Virus record (IMG/VR): IMGVR_UViG_3300035698_022190 | Coordinates: 124,001 to 188,000 of that record | Length of the DNA stretch: 64,000 nucleotides | Strand: one strand, 5' to 3' | Part shown: positions 23,231-33,417 of the stretch, piece by piece | Numbering within the stretch: the stretch's first letter is position 1 | How the letters are laid out: every line of letters begins with the position of its first letter | Made by a program: the position numbers and the translations under genes | The notes under the pieces: generated by a model | The model's input: the letters and a program-made list of their open reading frames with translations, nothing else | Database searches by the model: none | Told to the model about the DNA's origin: nothing

Positions 23231-24536
23231 TTACTGACCTATTTTACTTATTAGATCAAGTGCTTCTTCATTAGCAGCTAGTCTATGTGCGGCATCAACT
23301 TTTCTCATATCTTGTCCACATCCACATGGACACTCAAAGAATGTAGCCCATACTTCAGGGAAACACCTTTGACAAAAACTATAGCCTGTGTAGATCCTAC
23401 GTACTTCGTCGTAACCTCGCTCGGTAACCTCATGATCTTGATCATGAAGTCTCCGGCCACAACAGGTCGTGCCTAAGTGATCTTCATCTCTACTTAGCAT
23501 TGTAGCGGGCGTAGATTTATGTACTTTTCTTAATCCGAAAGGTATCCAGAGTCTGTCAAGAGGTTGCTTCATAATGGCAATCTATTCTTTTGATATTCAT
23601 CATAGCTCTCTTTCCATCCTAAGGCTTCTTTAGTAGTTTTAGCCTCCAGGTAAGTATTAAGGAATGATTCAATATCTTGCATCAATCCTGATTCGCCTTT
23701 AATGTCATCTTCGAAACCGCTCTCCATAACTATATGAAGGACACTCTGGTTATTTGTGGAGAGCATTAAGTTATATATGTCTATGTGATCGATATTAACA
23801 AATGTGCCGGCTAAGTTAACTATCATCTCTTAACTCCTTCAGCAGCATATCTGTAATGTTAATAACATCTCGTCTCTCTGCGTCTACATATATAATTTGA
23901 TGTTCCATCTCAATAATGCTCGGACAAGTGAATTGTAGTATACCAAATCCTTTGTCTACCATTTCTTCAATATCTTTGACCGAGAACCAGGATAATAGGC
24001 CAGCTTTATCAGCTACTGCGGTTTTCCAGTTCTTGCCATCAGTTTGGTGGATTGGATCATAAGGCATTGGCAAATTAAGCAATCTGTCATCTGACAACTG
24101 CTCAAGTACCAGTTTACCATCAATTTTTGTAGTCCACATTCCATTTGATTCATCTAAATGTTCTATTCTACACAACCTCATCTCGTAATTCCTTATATTT
24201 ACCGGCTATTACTCCTAAGCGTTGCTTTTCAAGAGTAAAGCCATGTTCAGCAGGATTTTCTGTCATATATGTAGCTGCTAACTGCTCAGTAGCAAATACC
24301 TGAAAATCTGTATCTATTCCGTCCCAGCCCATATCAATATAGACTAACCATACTTCTTGGTGATAGGCTAATTGATGACTAGCACCAATTAATGCTACGT
24401 TTAGGCTGGATAAAGCTTTATCTTTGGCGTCTTTTAGTCTTTTATCACTCATACATTTTAAGCAAAGATCTTCAGACCACCACACTGCATTAGATATTGT
24501 ACTGCTGCATTCTCTGCAGATCTTTTCTTCTGCCAT
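23231..24536 (-). CDS. Four hypothetical proteins (23231-23572, 23569-23826, 23816-24181, 24168-24536)
   Basis: Overlapping ORFs with an ATGA overlap at 23569. The last gene likely starts at MAEEK (24536), after the RBS AAGGAG. Confidence 0.65.
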
Positions 24537-24556
24537 TTGCGTCTCCTTTAAAATTG

Positions 24557-24622
24557 CTAAGTATGCCGGAATCGAACCGGCGTCACTCGTTTGTGAGTAT
24601 ATTACCCCTCTACCAATACTTA
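24557..24622 (-). ncRNA. Minimal tRNA-like RNA with a degenerate anticodon loop
   Basis: Acceptor TAAGTAT/ATACTTA, perfect T arm GCCGG-TTCGATT-CCGGC, GG-containing D loop, and anticodon stem TACTC/GAGTG with a 6-nt loop ACAAAC. Confidence 0.5.
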
Positions 24623-24807
24623 GGTTCATCTGGTCGCGAACCAGAGTCTTCTTTGACGTCAGTCAAAATTTTACGAGCATGCAAGTATGTGTTGGATCAG
24701 GGCACATTTAGCCGACATCCTAGGTCTCGACGTATTCTATCCGATGCACCTTGGATACATTGTATCCACGGCACTTGCGCCCGTAATAAGGCTATATTCC
24801 AAAATTT

Positions 24808-24910
24808 GTGACCAGTGGAGGATTTGAACCCCCGATTATAGAGACTAGTGAGTTTCGCTCTATTAGCCTGCTGCTTACTACGCAGCGCTACACTTGAATA
24901 CCCGGCTCAC
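24808..24910 (-). ncRNA. tRNA-like RNA (atypical)
   Basis: T arm GGGGG-TTCAAAT-CCTCC, imperfect terminal stem GTGAGCCGG/CTGGTCAC, stem GCTGC-GTAGTAA-GCAGC and a long extra arm. Confidence 0.4.
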
Positions 24911-25370
24911 TACTATCGAATATTACCGTGCGAATGTTTTAAAGAGTCTCGCCCTCTAAAACATAAAACTGGTCATTGCAATGTATTATTTCTTCGGAGG
25001 AAGTCCAAGACTATCTTGACGCTCAAGATAATGTTCAAGGGCCTCCGTTACTACCCAGGAGAATCTTTTTGTGGTAAGACGTTTCCATCCGAATAGTCTC
25101 TTTAAAGAATTCTTTAGAGCAGGCTCAATAGTACATTCCCACTCAACGAAGTCTCCATCGATCTCTACTTCTTTGATAATTTTAAAACTTCCTAACTTTT
25201 TCTCCATATGAATATCCTTTAATTTAAAGTATTAGGAATAAGGCTTAACTTTTCACCGGCGACTTTCAGGATTCGAGTATGAAATGTCCCGCCCGACTTA
25301 GAGGGGCCTCCTTGCAATGATCAACCTGCACGAGCTATCTGGGTTAAGCCATAAGTTCCTACGAAATTAA

Positions 25371-25639
25371 TTGAGACTGTCCCCGCCTGTCGGTCTTGGG
25401 TACAGTTGGACCGGCCTAGTTAGTGGCTAACTCGTAATACAGTATCGGCAATACCCCATCAGGGGTATCTGCTCTCTTCGGGTTCTCTATATAGGCTCAG
25501 TGTACAGCTATCTTCCGGACTCTGTACTCGATTACTCTATATATTTCCATCCCCGTCCTGTTAACTGAACAAAGGGGATCTGCACTAGGTTAGTATCTTA
25601 CGGCCAGATTCTGTTAGGCTACAATGCCTACAGTCTCAA
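25371..25639. ncRNA. Candidate 269-nt structured RNA
   Basis: Perfect 10-bp terminal inverted repeat TTGAGACTGT/ACAGTCTCAA, internal hairpins such as ATACCCC-ATCA-GGGGTAT, and no credible ORF. Confidence 0.45.
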
Positions 25640-25644
25640 ATTTG

Positions 25645-25736
25645 ATGAATAGACAGGGTTCGAACCTGCATAGTACCGTTCAAAGCGGCGACATTTCCGA
25701 ATGCACCTGCATAGTGCCATTTTATGCTACTATTCA
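25645..25736 (-). tRNA. Class II (Ser-like) tRNA with an abnormal 8-nt anticodon loop
   Basis: Acceptor TGAATAG/CTATTCA, D stem GCAT/ATGC, anticodon loop TTCGGAAA, long variable arm CCG-CTTTGAA-CGG, and T arm GCAGG-TTCGAAC-CCTGT. No encoded CCA. Confidence 0.6.
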
Positions 25737-27515
25737 TTTTGGTATATGGGCCGCGTTGCAACCTCATGCATGCATACATGTGTATCCAAGCACAGGGACA
25801 CATCCTTACATATACCGAGTTCGGGGCAGGCATTGAATGGACGAGTCCACTCTTACCGCCTCCACCATTCTCACCGAAGTGAAAATTTATTTGTAAATTA
25901 TTGTAGTGGGCAATCTGAGCTGCTCCGCTGTCACGGACACAGGCATATAATGTTCAGGGTGAATAATATACCAACAGGGTCTTATCCTATACTATGACCG
26001 ACTCCCTTAATGAAACCGGCTTTTGTCCGCTGCAGAGTTAACTCGTTGCGGTTCTTGGCGGAAAATAGATTGACATTATAATATTGCTAGGGCACAACCC
26101 CTGCAGCTCGTACGATCGCTAGGAAGAGCGGCCTGCCGTTGGCCTATGAAGGTCCATTAATTGAATAGCGGACCCGCAACTGGGATCGAACCAGTGTCTC
26201 TCTTTTGATCGGAATGACCTTTTGTGAGTTATTACATTCCTGATCCCATTTTCATGGGTGTCTCATCCTGCTCTAGTCACTAGGATAATGCTGTCGGAAG
26301 CAATTCCCAACATTTTGACTACGTGAATTTTGTTTCCATATTAACATCCGTAGGTTTGTTCCTGGGCACGTATAAGTTTTACAAAATATACAGTGATTTG
26401 ATGTTGCTCCTATTAGTGCGATACCTTTTACGCAAAGCGCCATGTTAATAAAACTATTCTTGATGAGATACGCTCATCTATTCTTTCTAACGTAGTAGTT
26501 GGTAGCCCGGTATACTTAATTGCTTCCAAGTTTGAAATTGTTCGCGAGGGCGGATTGATTCCCGAAGGGGTCACCGCCAACCTCCACCTCACCATACAGT
26601 CGCGTGAACTGTACTTATGGTAAGACTTTGGATTCAAGTCGCCACCTGAATGCATGTGCTGCACTAGTTTGTTGCCAGCCAGCTTCTGCTTCTCACTTAC
26701 GTTTAATAAAGGTTTTGTTCCGGTCTGTTGTTCAGTAGACATTATGGAACAGTTTTCTTATACCAAAAAGAGCCCATAAAATTGAAAAACCCACTTCTAA
26801 GAAATGGGTGAAAGGAGGTCATTTTATGGGCCCAATAAATCTAATGTTGTATAAGTTGATCCATAGTGAACTCGGTGTGGTGTTCACAGGTTCCTGCTTG
26901 TTTGCAGCTAGGGGGCAATGGAACTTTGCAATCCTTTGTAGTACATCTCAAACGACGTTTAAATTCTGCCTGTGTCATTATGTATACTATTACTTTTTCT
27001 TTCGGTTCGTTTGTAAATATATTAGTCATTCACTAGTGTTGATTTGTCTGTTTATATGTTGCTGAGAACTTGGTTACTTGACTCTGGTTGTAATAGAGTT
27101 TCTGTAATAGGTTTATCATCAACTACGCCGACCTTGACTTTAGGGCCGGATTCTTTTAATTTTGCCTTCGAAGCTGTTTTAGTCTTCTTAGCGTCACGCT
27201 TTGTAATTAGATTGTCAAGAAAATCATTTATGTTAACTCCTTCTTTCTTTGGAGTGCCTAAAGTTTTGGCACGCCATTTATCAATAGCAGCTTGCGTGTG
27301 TAGATTTTGCGTGTCTTGACAGTTGAAACACAGCGTATCAGAAAGACCCATGGGTAGGGGTGATGTACACCCCGGTGCAATACATATATCGCGATTCTTG
27401 AACTCTGTCTGTGTCTCCACGTTAATTAATATGCGTTTTGGCTTATCGCTCATTTTCCTGTTTCCTGTTTTATAATTATTTGTTTCCCAATACTAAATCT
27501 GGATGTGTTAAAAGG

Positions 27516-28262
27516 CTACTTAGACTTACGCTTGGTCGTGGGTCTATCTTTCCCCACGTCGTTAGTCCTGGTAGTTGTTTTAGCGTTGCTGCTATTATTA
27601 CTCCTTCTTTTATTGGAATCGCTTGCCACGGAATTCCCTTTCGTCCTTGCGCTTTTCGACACTCGTTTATTTGGTGTCTTATTAATCCTATCCTCTTCCG
27701 AGCGTTTCCGCACTCTGGGCAATACTTTGCGTATGGTCCCTTCTTTTGACGAGGGCACCCTCTTGCTTCGCACAATGGGCTTCCTTTTTTCGCCTGTCTT
27801 TGTCGGCGTTGCTCTCGAAGGTATGCTTTTGCGCCCTTCTTTGATCCGAATAGTGCCATTATTGTTTTCTGGTTTATTTGTTGTCGATCGTTTGTAAGGA
27901 CTACGCTTAGTCCAGCTGCGATCATATCTATTTTTATAAGGTTTCTTCTTTTTATACTTAAAGTAATGGTTATCATACCTATTGTAGGTGTTCCAATTGT
28001 AGTAACTTGAGGAATACCAAGGATAATTCCAGTCCCAACCATAATAGTTCACATAATAATAGCCATAGTGAGGGTTAAACTGGTAATAATTGTATGAATA
28101 TCCCGGATTAAAAGATAACGTAAAAGAATAGGACCCCAAATCGTAATCGACATAGTCATAGTGAGGTTTCTCTACGTATAGTCTATGTCGTGTGTTCATA
28201 TTAGTGTAGCAACCCGTTAAAAACAGTATTGCCATCATAAGTGTAATTAGTCTGTATTTCAT
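27516..28262 (-). CDS. Lipoprotein with a Tyr-rich N-terminal part and an Arg/Lys/Ser-rich disordered tail
   Basis: Signal peptide with lipobox FLTGC and low-complexity composition. Confidence 0.7.
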   Translation of the reverse strand: MKYRLITLMMAILFLTGCYTNMNTRHRLYVEKPHYDYVDYDLGSYSFTLSFNPGYSYNYYQFNPHYGYYYVNYYGWDWNYPWYSSSYYNWNTYNRYDNHYFKYKKKKPYKNRYDRSWTKRSPYKRSTTNKPENNNGTIRIKEGRKSIPSRATPTKTGEKRKPIVRSKRVPSSKEGTIRKVLPRVRKRSEEDRINKTPNKRVSKSARTKGNSVASDSNKRRSNNSSNAKTTTRTNDVGKDRPTTKRKSK

Positions 28263-28725
28263 ATATATGTGTCCTGATTTATATCATAATATACTATATA
28301 TAGTACAAAAACTGTGCCAAATACTTAAATATAATAATATCAGTATATTCAGATTAAAATTCCAAGATTAGTGTCTAAATAGTATACATTAAATTGTATA
28401 CTAAGTAAACAGTGACGAATTTTAACGAGATTAGTGCGTACTTCTTATACCGGAAAGTGTAAAAAAATTGGCGTGTAATAACAAGTATTACTAATGGCTT
28501 ATCTTGTATCAGCCCTCTTACTCTAGTCGTTACCTCATAATAATAAGAACCCCTTCTTATTAATTAAAGTAATATAGCTCCTGTATTAAGGGAATTATAT
28601 GACTGGAAAGATTGTTCTCCTTCGTGGAAAACAAGTCTAGTTGTTCTTCGTGTTTATCATCCAAGACGCCACCTGATAATTTTGAAGGTCGTTAACCTTC
28701 TTGCACAATTCTTATACCAGAATAC

Positions 28726-29364
28726 CTACTTTTTACGCTTTTTTGAGGGCTTAGAGGTGTTGAAGACTTTTTTCCACCAATTATTGGCGTATCCCCGTCT
28801 TCTGTGGAAGGGCGTGGGTCCCACTGTGTTGAGGAGCTTCTTGTCATGAGCCCTGATTAACCCTTTACTAAAGTTGGGCGCAAAATCAGGGTAAAGTGCG
28901 GCAAAGCCATGAAACAGGGCATCAGCGGTTACTTTAGCATGAATTGATGCTGCCCATACCCAAGCATCTCCACCGGTTATGCTTTTTACGCTGAAATTGG
29001 GGTGAAATTCGCTAGAAAAGGGTTTAGCTAAGGATTCATCAGCATGAAGCTCTATTTTGCCCGTACGAAGCCGCCTAGGCAGGGATTGAATAATTCTACG
29101 TACTGCTTCAGCTGCAGCCTGATTACGAGCGCGATATACCCCGAATCGCTCAATATCTGAGGGCATTGCTAAAGAAATTACATAATGACCTATTTGAGTA
29201 AGGCTATTAAATAATTCTACTCTAGCTGCTGAGTTGATAGCCTTTGAGTCTCTGATGTTTGATGGAAGTGTGGTGCGAGTTGGACGAAGGATATATGCCG
29301 CACATACACAGGGGCCTGCCATAGATGGGCTATAGTTTGCTTCATCGAGTCCTATAATTACCAT
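28726..29364 (-). CDS. rnhB: Ribonuclease HII family protein
   Basis: IIGLDEA...AGPCVCAA, IRDSK, HADE, WAASIHAKVTAD and a C-terminal HRR. Confidence 0.85.
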   Translation of the reverse strand: MVIIGLDEANYSPSMAGPCVCAAYILRPTRTTLPSNIRDSKAINSAARVELFNSLTQIGHYVISLAMPSDIERFGVYRARNQAAAEAVRRIIQSLPRRLRTGKIELHADESLAKPFSSEFHPNFSVKSITGGDAWVWAASIHAKVTADALFHGFAALYPDFAPNFSKGLIRAHDKKLLNTVGPTPFHRRRGYANNWWKKVFNTSKPSKKRKK

Positions 29365-29412
29365 ACCTAAATATAAGTTAAAAGAATAGTATTACCTATT
29401 CTTTTTTAGTCG

Positions 29413-30550
29413 CTAGGTGAGGTCTAGACGTCGAGAAGGCTTTTGCATATACTGCCATACATCTGGCGTAGTGTGCTTTACAGCCCCTTTACAGTCACAA
29501 CATACTTTAGCATCAGACTCACGAGTAAAAAAGGGTGAATCTCCGCTACACACTGGGTCCGGTTCTTTATAAAACGGTTCTCCGCAAGATGTGCAGATAT
29601 TTACTTTTGTGTTATTAGCCATGGGGAAAACTCCTTTACTAGTTTAGGTTACTGTTCTTATCCCAAATTTTAAGCTAAAAGAGTCAAGTTCCCAGAGGGA
29701 ATTATGTGACTTACGTTCTACGTTATTGTTCTTATACCAATAACTTATATGTAAGCCACATAATAATTAACTTGAGAGCTTTTCCTTTTCAACGTCCCAT
29801 TTATGCTTCAACACAATCTTATAATGGTTAAACTGTTCATGACAATATGTACCCAGATTCATAATACCCCACCCTAAGAAAGGCCAGACACATGATCCTA
29901 TAACTAATAACATTATTAACGCTAATGTTAGGTCCTCTACCCTGTGTGAATGTAGGCTTGGATCTGTGTTTATTTCGATCATCTTAGCTACGCCCCAAAT
30001 AAAAACTAGACCCGCAAAAATTCCACCAAAGGCTGTTCCTGTTCGCATATTGCGTTGGTCTTTGGAACCTCTCTGGTAGTTTCCGTCAGGCTTCCAAAGC
30101 CAAGCATGAATAGTGTGAAACCACTCTACCACAAGGGTAAGAGCTAAGTTCTTTGCTACATCTGTATTAGTCGGAGTTGCTGTCATGGAAGCTCTCCTTT
30201 AACTTTTCCCAAGACTCTTTGGCCTCGTCCCATTTACGTTCGCACCACCATATAAAACGTCCGGTAAGAAAGCCTATAACTCCCACACAAAACATAAGCA
30301 GCATAGCTAAGCATATCCATAGACAGAGGGTAAATATTCCCATTATAAATCCTGCCCAGTTAGGGATATCATTAGGAACTATGCCAAAGACAATAGCCCC
30401 AAAGAAGGGAAGTGATATCAATAGACCAACAACACCACCAACTGCTCCTCCTTGGTCTTCAAGATCTGAAGAGCCCCATTCATATACTATACTATCCCAG
30501 AAGTTACTTAAAGCATGCTTTAGAATTGCACCTGTTTCTGATTTATCCAT
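29413..30550 (-). CDS. Small Cys protein (29413-29622) and two membrane proteins (29767-30186, 30167-30550)
   Basis: CxxC pairs in the first ORF and two hydrophobic helices in each of the others. Confidence 0.6.
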
Positions 30551-30759
30551 CTTTCTTCTTCTTCCTTATATGTAGTAAGTGTAAGTTATACTTACGTTGA
30601 CTTAAGCGTTTACGTAAGGGAATCAGCCCTCTACCATTACGCTTAGAATTATTATGCATAATATCTCCTTTAATTAATACTTAATATTAAGTATACTAGA
30701 TTTCTTATACCAAGAATTACCTTTGCTATTTGCCAAGGAAATGCTTATATTTAAGTGTT

Positions 30760-32646
30760 ATGAAAAAACGTAATGTATATTCTCCTTATTTAAAGGATAG
30801 TTTGGGCGCCAACATATCTCGAGTATTTAGAGCTGTTGTAGTTGCCATACCAAAAGAAGAGGGCACAAATCGTCGCACTATCAAGGTACGTGATCTGTCT
30901 TCGACTATTGGACAGCTGTCTGAAACATTTACAGCATACCCCCCAAACCCCATACCGCACTCTGATACAGGGAGTGGTTTTTACTCTGTACCTGATGTAG
31001 GAACAGAATGTGTAGTCACAGACACCCATGAAGACGGGATAGTCCAAATTTTGACATATACACCACATACGAAGACAAGTGCTTCAACCCCCCAAGGCGT
31101 TCGCCATGCTGAGAACACAGAGCCAGGGGATTTCTATTTAAAGTCAGGGGGACATATTAAAGGGGTATTGCAGCTTTCACGAGGGGGTCTTGCGAGTTTA
31201 TTCGCTGGGCATTTTGCACGCTTATCTGTGAATGGCACGGATAAACTGGTTACAATAGGAAATAAGCGGTTTAAACACTTTAGTGCTGTAGGCAGGCATC
31301 TTAATACATACCAAGAGTCAGATGATTATACCGGAGAAGATGAGTTTACTACTCACGAGGCTAGTTTTGCACGGACATTTGAACATCCGGGAAGTAGCGA
31401 TCTTGATTATGAAACTGAGATTCAACCTAAAATTATTACTACCAAGTATGTAGACAAAGCATTAGTGCGTGCCGGCGGTATACCAAACCGTAATCACGCC
31501 ACAAAGTTTTACCCACAACATACTTACCAGATTGAAACTCGTCAATCAACTGGCGAGAACCCTCAAAAGAAAGATACTATAACCATCTTACGTTTAGGAC
31601 ACCAGGCAGGCCGTAATTTAGGAGTTTATAAGTACGGTACAGATTTATTCAACCCACCGGGGACCATGGTCGAGCTAGAAAGTAAGCGGGTGACAGCGTC
31701 TTCCTCTAGTTCGATGCTCTGGAGGTATGGAAAGTTTACAAAAGATATACAAACACGAAACCCTGATTTAGCAGCAGGAGCACCAGGCACTGACACAGAT
31801 TATGTGAGTGGTGAAGTATTTCGTCATCAAGTATATGAAGGTATAACTCCGGGAGGGGGGTCCGTCTTAAACCCAATGGCAGACTCTAAGCATTATGATT
31901 TTGAATTCCCCAAAAATAAGGCTACAGAGCAACTGACTACCAGTTTCGGCACATTAACTAGTAATTTTGCGTCCGCAGATTTAAAAGGCAGTATTTGGCG
32001 TAAGCATATTCATAGATATGATACCCCACTCACTGCAGCACCAAAAGGTTTGTCGCGAACGGAAATCTTAGGAAGAGCCTCTGAAGAATACTTGTATTCT
32101 GATGTAATTTCACATTCACTGGGGACTACTACAGTAGATTATGAACATTATATAAAAAAAGATTTATATCAACGTATATGGACACGAGTAGCCGGGGGAA
32201 CATCTAAGCTAAAGGAACAGGTGTCCGGCACAGATGATATTACTTACACCCTTACTCGATCGGACGATGACAATAGCGAAAAAATTACCTTAGAGAAGGA
32301 TAAAGCTTTAATAAAAGTATTAACTAAGAGCACTACATATTTAGTTAAGCTGAATGAGGAGGCATTGACCATTTCTATTGAGGATGACACAGATAGTGGG
32401 TCAATAGAGCTAACATCGGGCGGAATCACCATAGACGCTGGAACTAGCCCTGCAAATATTATTAAGTTAGGCGGATCAGGTGGAGAGCAGCAATTAGTAA
32501 CGAAGTCTTGGGTAACCAATATATTTATGAAACACATGCATCCAACAGCAGCAACCGGACCACCCTCTACACCTATCCCTTTGCCAGCAATAACTATTCC
32601 AGACTCATCTAACTCACCCTATACTAAACAAACCAAGGCTGAATAA
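30760..32646 (+). CDS. Baseplate central spike-like protein (gp5/gpV-type OB fold, beta-rich C-terminus)
   Basis: N-terminal AVVVAIP...IKVRDL...GFYSVPDVGTECVV OB-fold signature and a C-terminal HxH (KHMHP) followed by a Pro-rich end. The start is placed at ATG 30760, behind a promoter. Confidence 0.6.
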   Translation: MKKRNVYSPYLKDSLGANISRVFRAVVVAIPKEEGTNRRTIKVRDLSSTIGQLSETFTAYPPNPIPHSDTGSGFYSVPDVGTECVVTDTHEDGIVQILTYTPHTKTSASTPQGVRHAENTEPGDFYLKSGGHIKGVLQLSRGGLASLFAGHFARLSVNGTDKLVTIGNKRFKHFSAVGRHLNTYQESDDYTGEDEFTTHEASFARTFEHPGSSDLDYETEIQPKIITTKYVDKALVRAGGIPNRNHATKFYPQHTYQIETRQSTGENPQKKDTITILRLGHQAGRNLGVYKYGTDLFNPPGTMVELESKRVTASSSSSMLWRYGKFTKDIQTRNPDLAAGAPGTDTDYVSGEVFRHQVYEGITPGGGSVLNPMADSKHYDFEFPKNKATEQLTTSFGTLTSNFASADLKGSIWRKHIHRYDTPLTAAPKGLSRTEILGRASEEYLYSDVISHSLGTTTVDYEHYIKKDLYQRIWTRVAGGTSKLKEQVSGTDDITYTLTRSDDDNSEKITLEKDKALIKVLTKSTTYLVKLNEEALTISIEDDTDSGSIELTSGGITIDAGTSPANIIKLGGSGGEQQLVTKSWVTNIFMKHMHPTAATGPPSTPIPLPAITIPDSSNSPYTKQTKAE

Positions 32647-32909
32647 TGCAGACAGTAACAGAAGATAAAATATTTGAGACCTTTAAGTCTTTATATGAGT
32701 CCCAAAACCATGAGGAAGAGGTAACGATATCGCACACCTTCAATGATGAGACGGGACAAATAACAGATGAGACAGAAGTTCAGGCATTTGATGTAAATGC
32801 AGATCTTGAAGCATTAGTACGCTCTATTATAAAAGCAATGCTAAGTGAAATTAGAAAGAATGGTATAGCTATGGGTGATTCAACTGCTACGAAAATTGAG
32901 GTCGGTTAA
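32646..32909 (+). CDS. Hypothetical protein in the baseplate module
   Basis: TAATG overlaps with the genes on both sides. Confidence 0.65.
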   Translation: MQTVTEDKIFETFKSLYESQNHEEEVTISHTFNDETGQITDETEVQAFDVNADLEALVRSIIKAMLSEIRKNGIAMGDSTATKIEVG

Positions 32910-33322
32910 TGAAGAGCTATATAGTCCATGGAGATAAGATTATATTTGAGCCTATGGCTGGGGCAGCAATAGTTACAGCCCCTCCTGCAGCATTTATTGT
33001 TACCAGCAACATTGGGGTAGCTATGGGTAGTAAAAAGAATTTAGCAATAGAAGATGATTTAAAAAATGTAAAGGTAAGTGCTACATATATTAGTTCTGCC
33101 TTTGTTGGGGGTACGGGATTAGTTACTTTAATTAATTGGCCCAAAGTATCTAGCAAGACGACTAAGAAAAAGAAGGGGGTACTGACACATGGAGGTAAAG
33201 GAAAGTATAAACTTAGTGTTGTAACGCCGGCTATCAATCCTTCGGGCGTGGTTGATCCAACACCTATATATAATGGGTCATTTACATCCGTTCCATCACA
33301 ATTTGTATTTACTGAGAAATAA
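32909..33322 (+). CDS. PAAR-like spike tip protein
   Basis: IVHGDKIIFEP...GAAIV...YISSAFVGGTG...KTTKKKKGVL...PAINP...DPTP resembles contractile-injection-system spike-tip proteins. It lies two genes downstream of the spike. Confidence 0.6.
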   Translation: MKSYIVHGDKIIFEPMAGAAIVTAPPAAFIVTSNIGVAMGSKKNLAIEDDLKNVKVSATYISSAFVGGTGLVTLINWPKVSSKTTKKKKGVLTHGGKGKYKLSVVTPAINPSGVVDPTPIYNGSFTSVPSQFVFTEK

Positions 33323-33417
33323 CTTGACTAAAAGGTCAAACAAGGATATATTTAGGTATAATGAAACAATTAACATCATATAACACGAGCACACGTTCAT
33401 AAGGCTGGGAGACGCAA

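Noticed and set aside
25230-26160. RNase P RNA
   Set aside because: Partial P4-like strings (ACAAAAGCCGG, ACAGAATCTGGC, TGAAAGTCG) are present, but not in the required order and spacing on one strand.
25850-26200. tmRNA
   Set aside because: GCCTCCACCA (+, near 25857) and a GAC-T-arm (-, near 26190) are on opposite strands. I could not identify a matching acceptor stem or tag reading frame.
24500-26700. UGA-suppressor tRNA (TCA anticodon)
   Set aside because: None of the tRNA-like elements presents TCA in an anticodon loop. A suppressor, if any, lies outside this window.
27476-28042. Alternative-frame and antisense ORFs over the lipoprotein gene (27476-28042 -, 27505-27897 +)
   Set aside because: They are shadows of a low-complexity coding region. 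The 27516-28262 frame has the signal peptide and lipobox.
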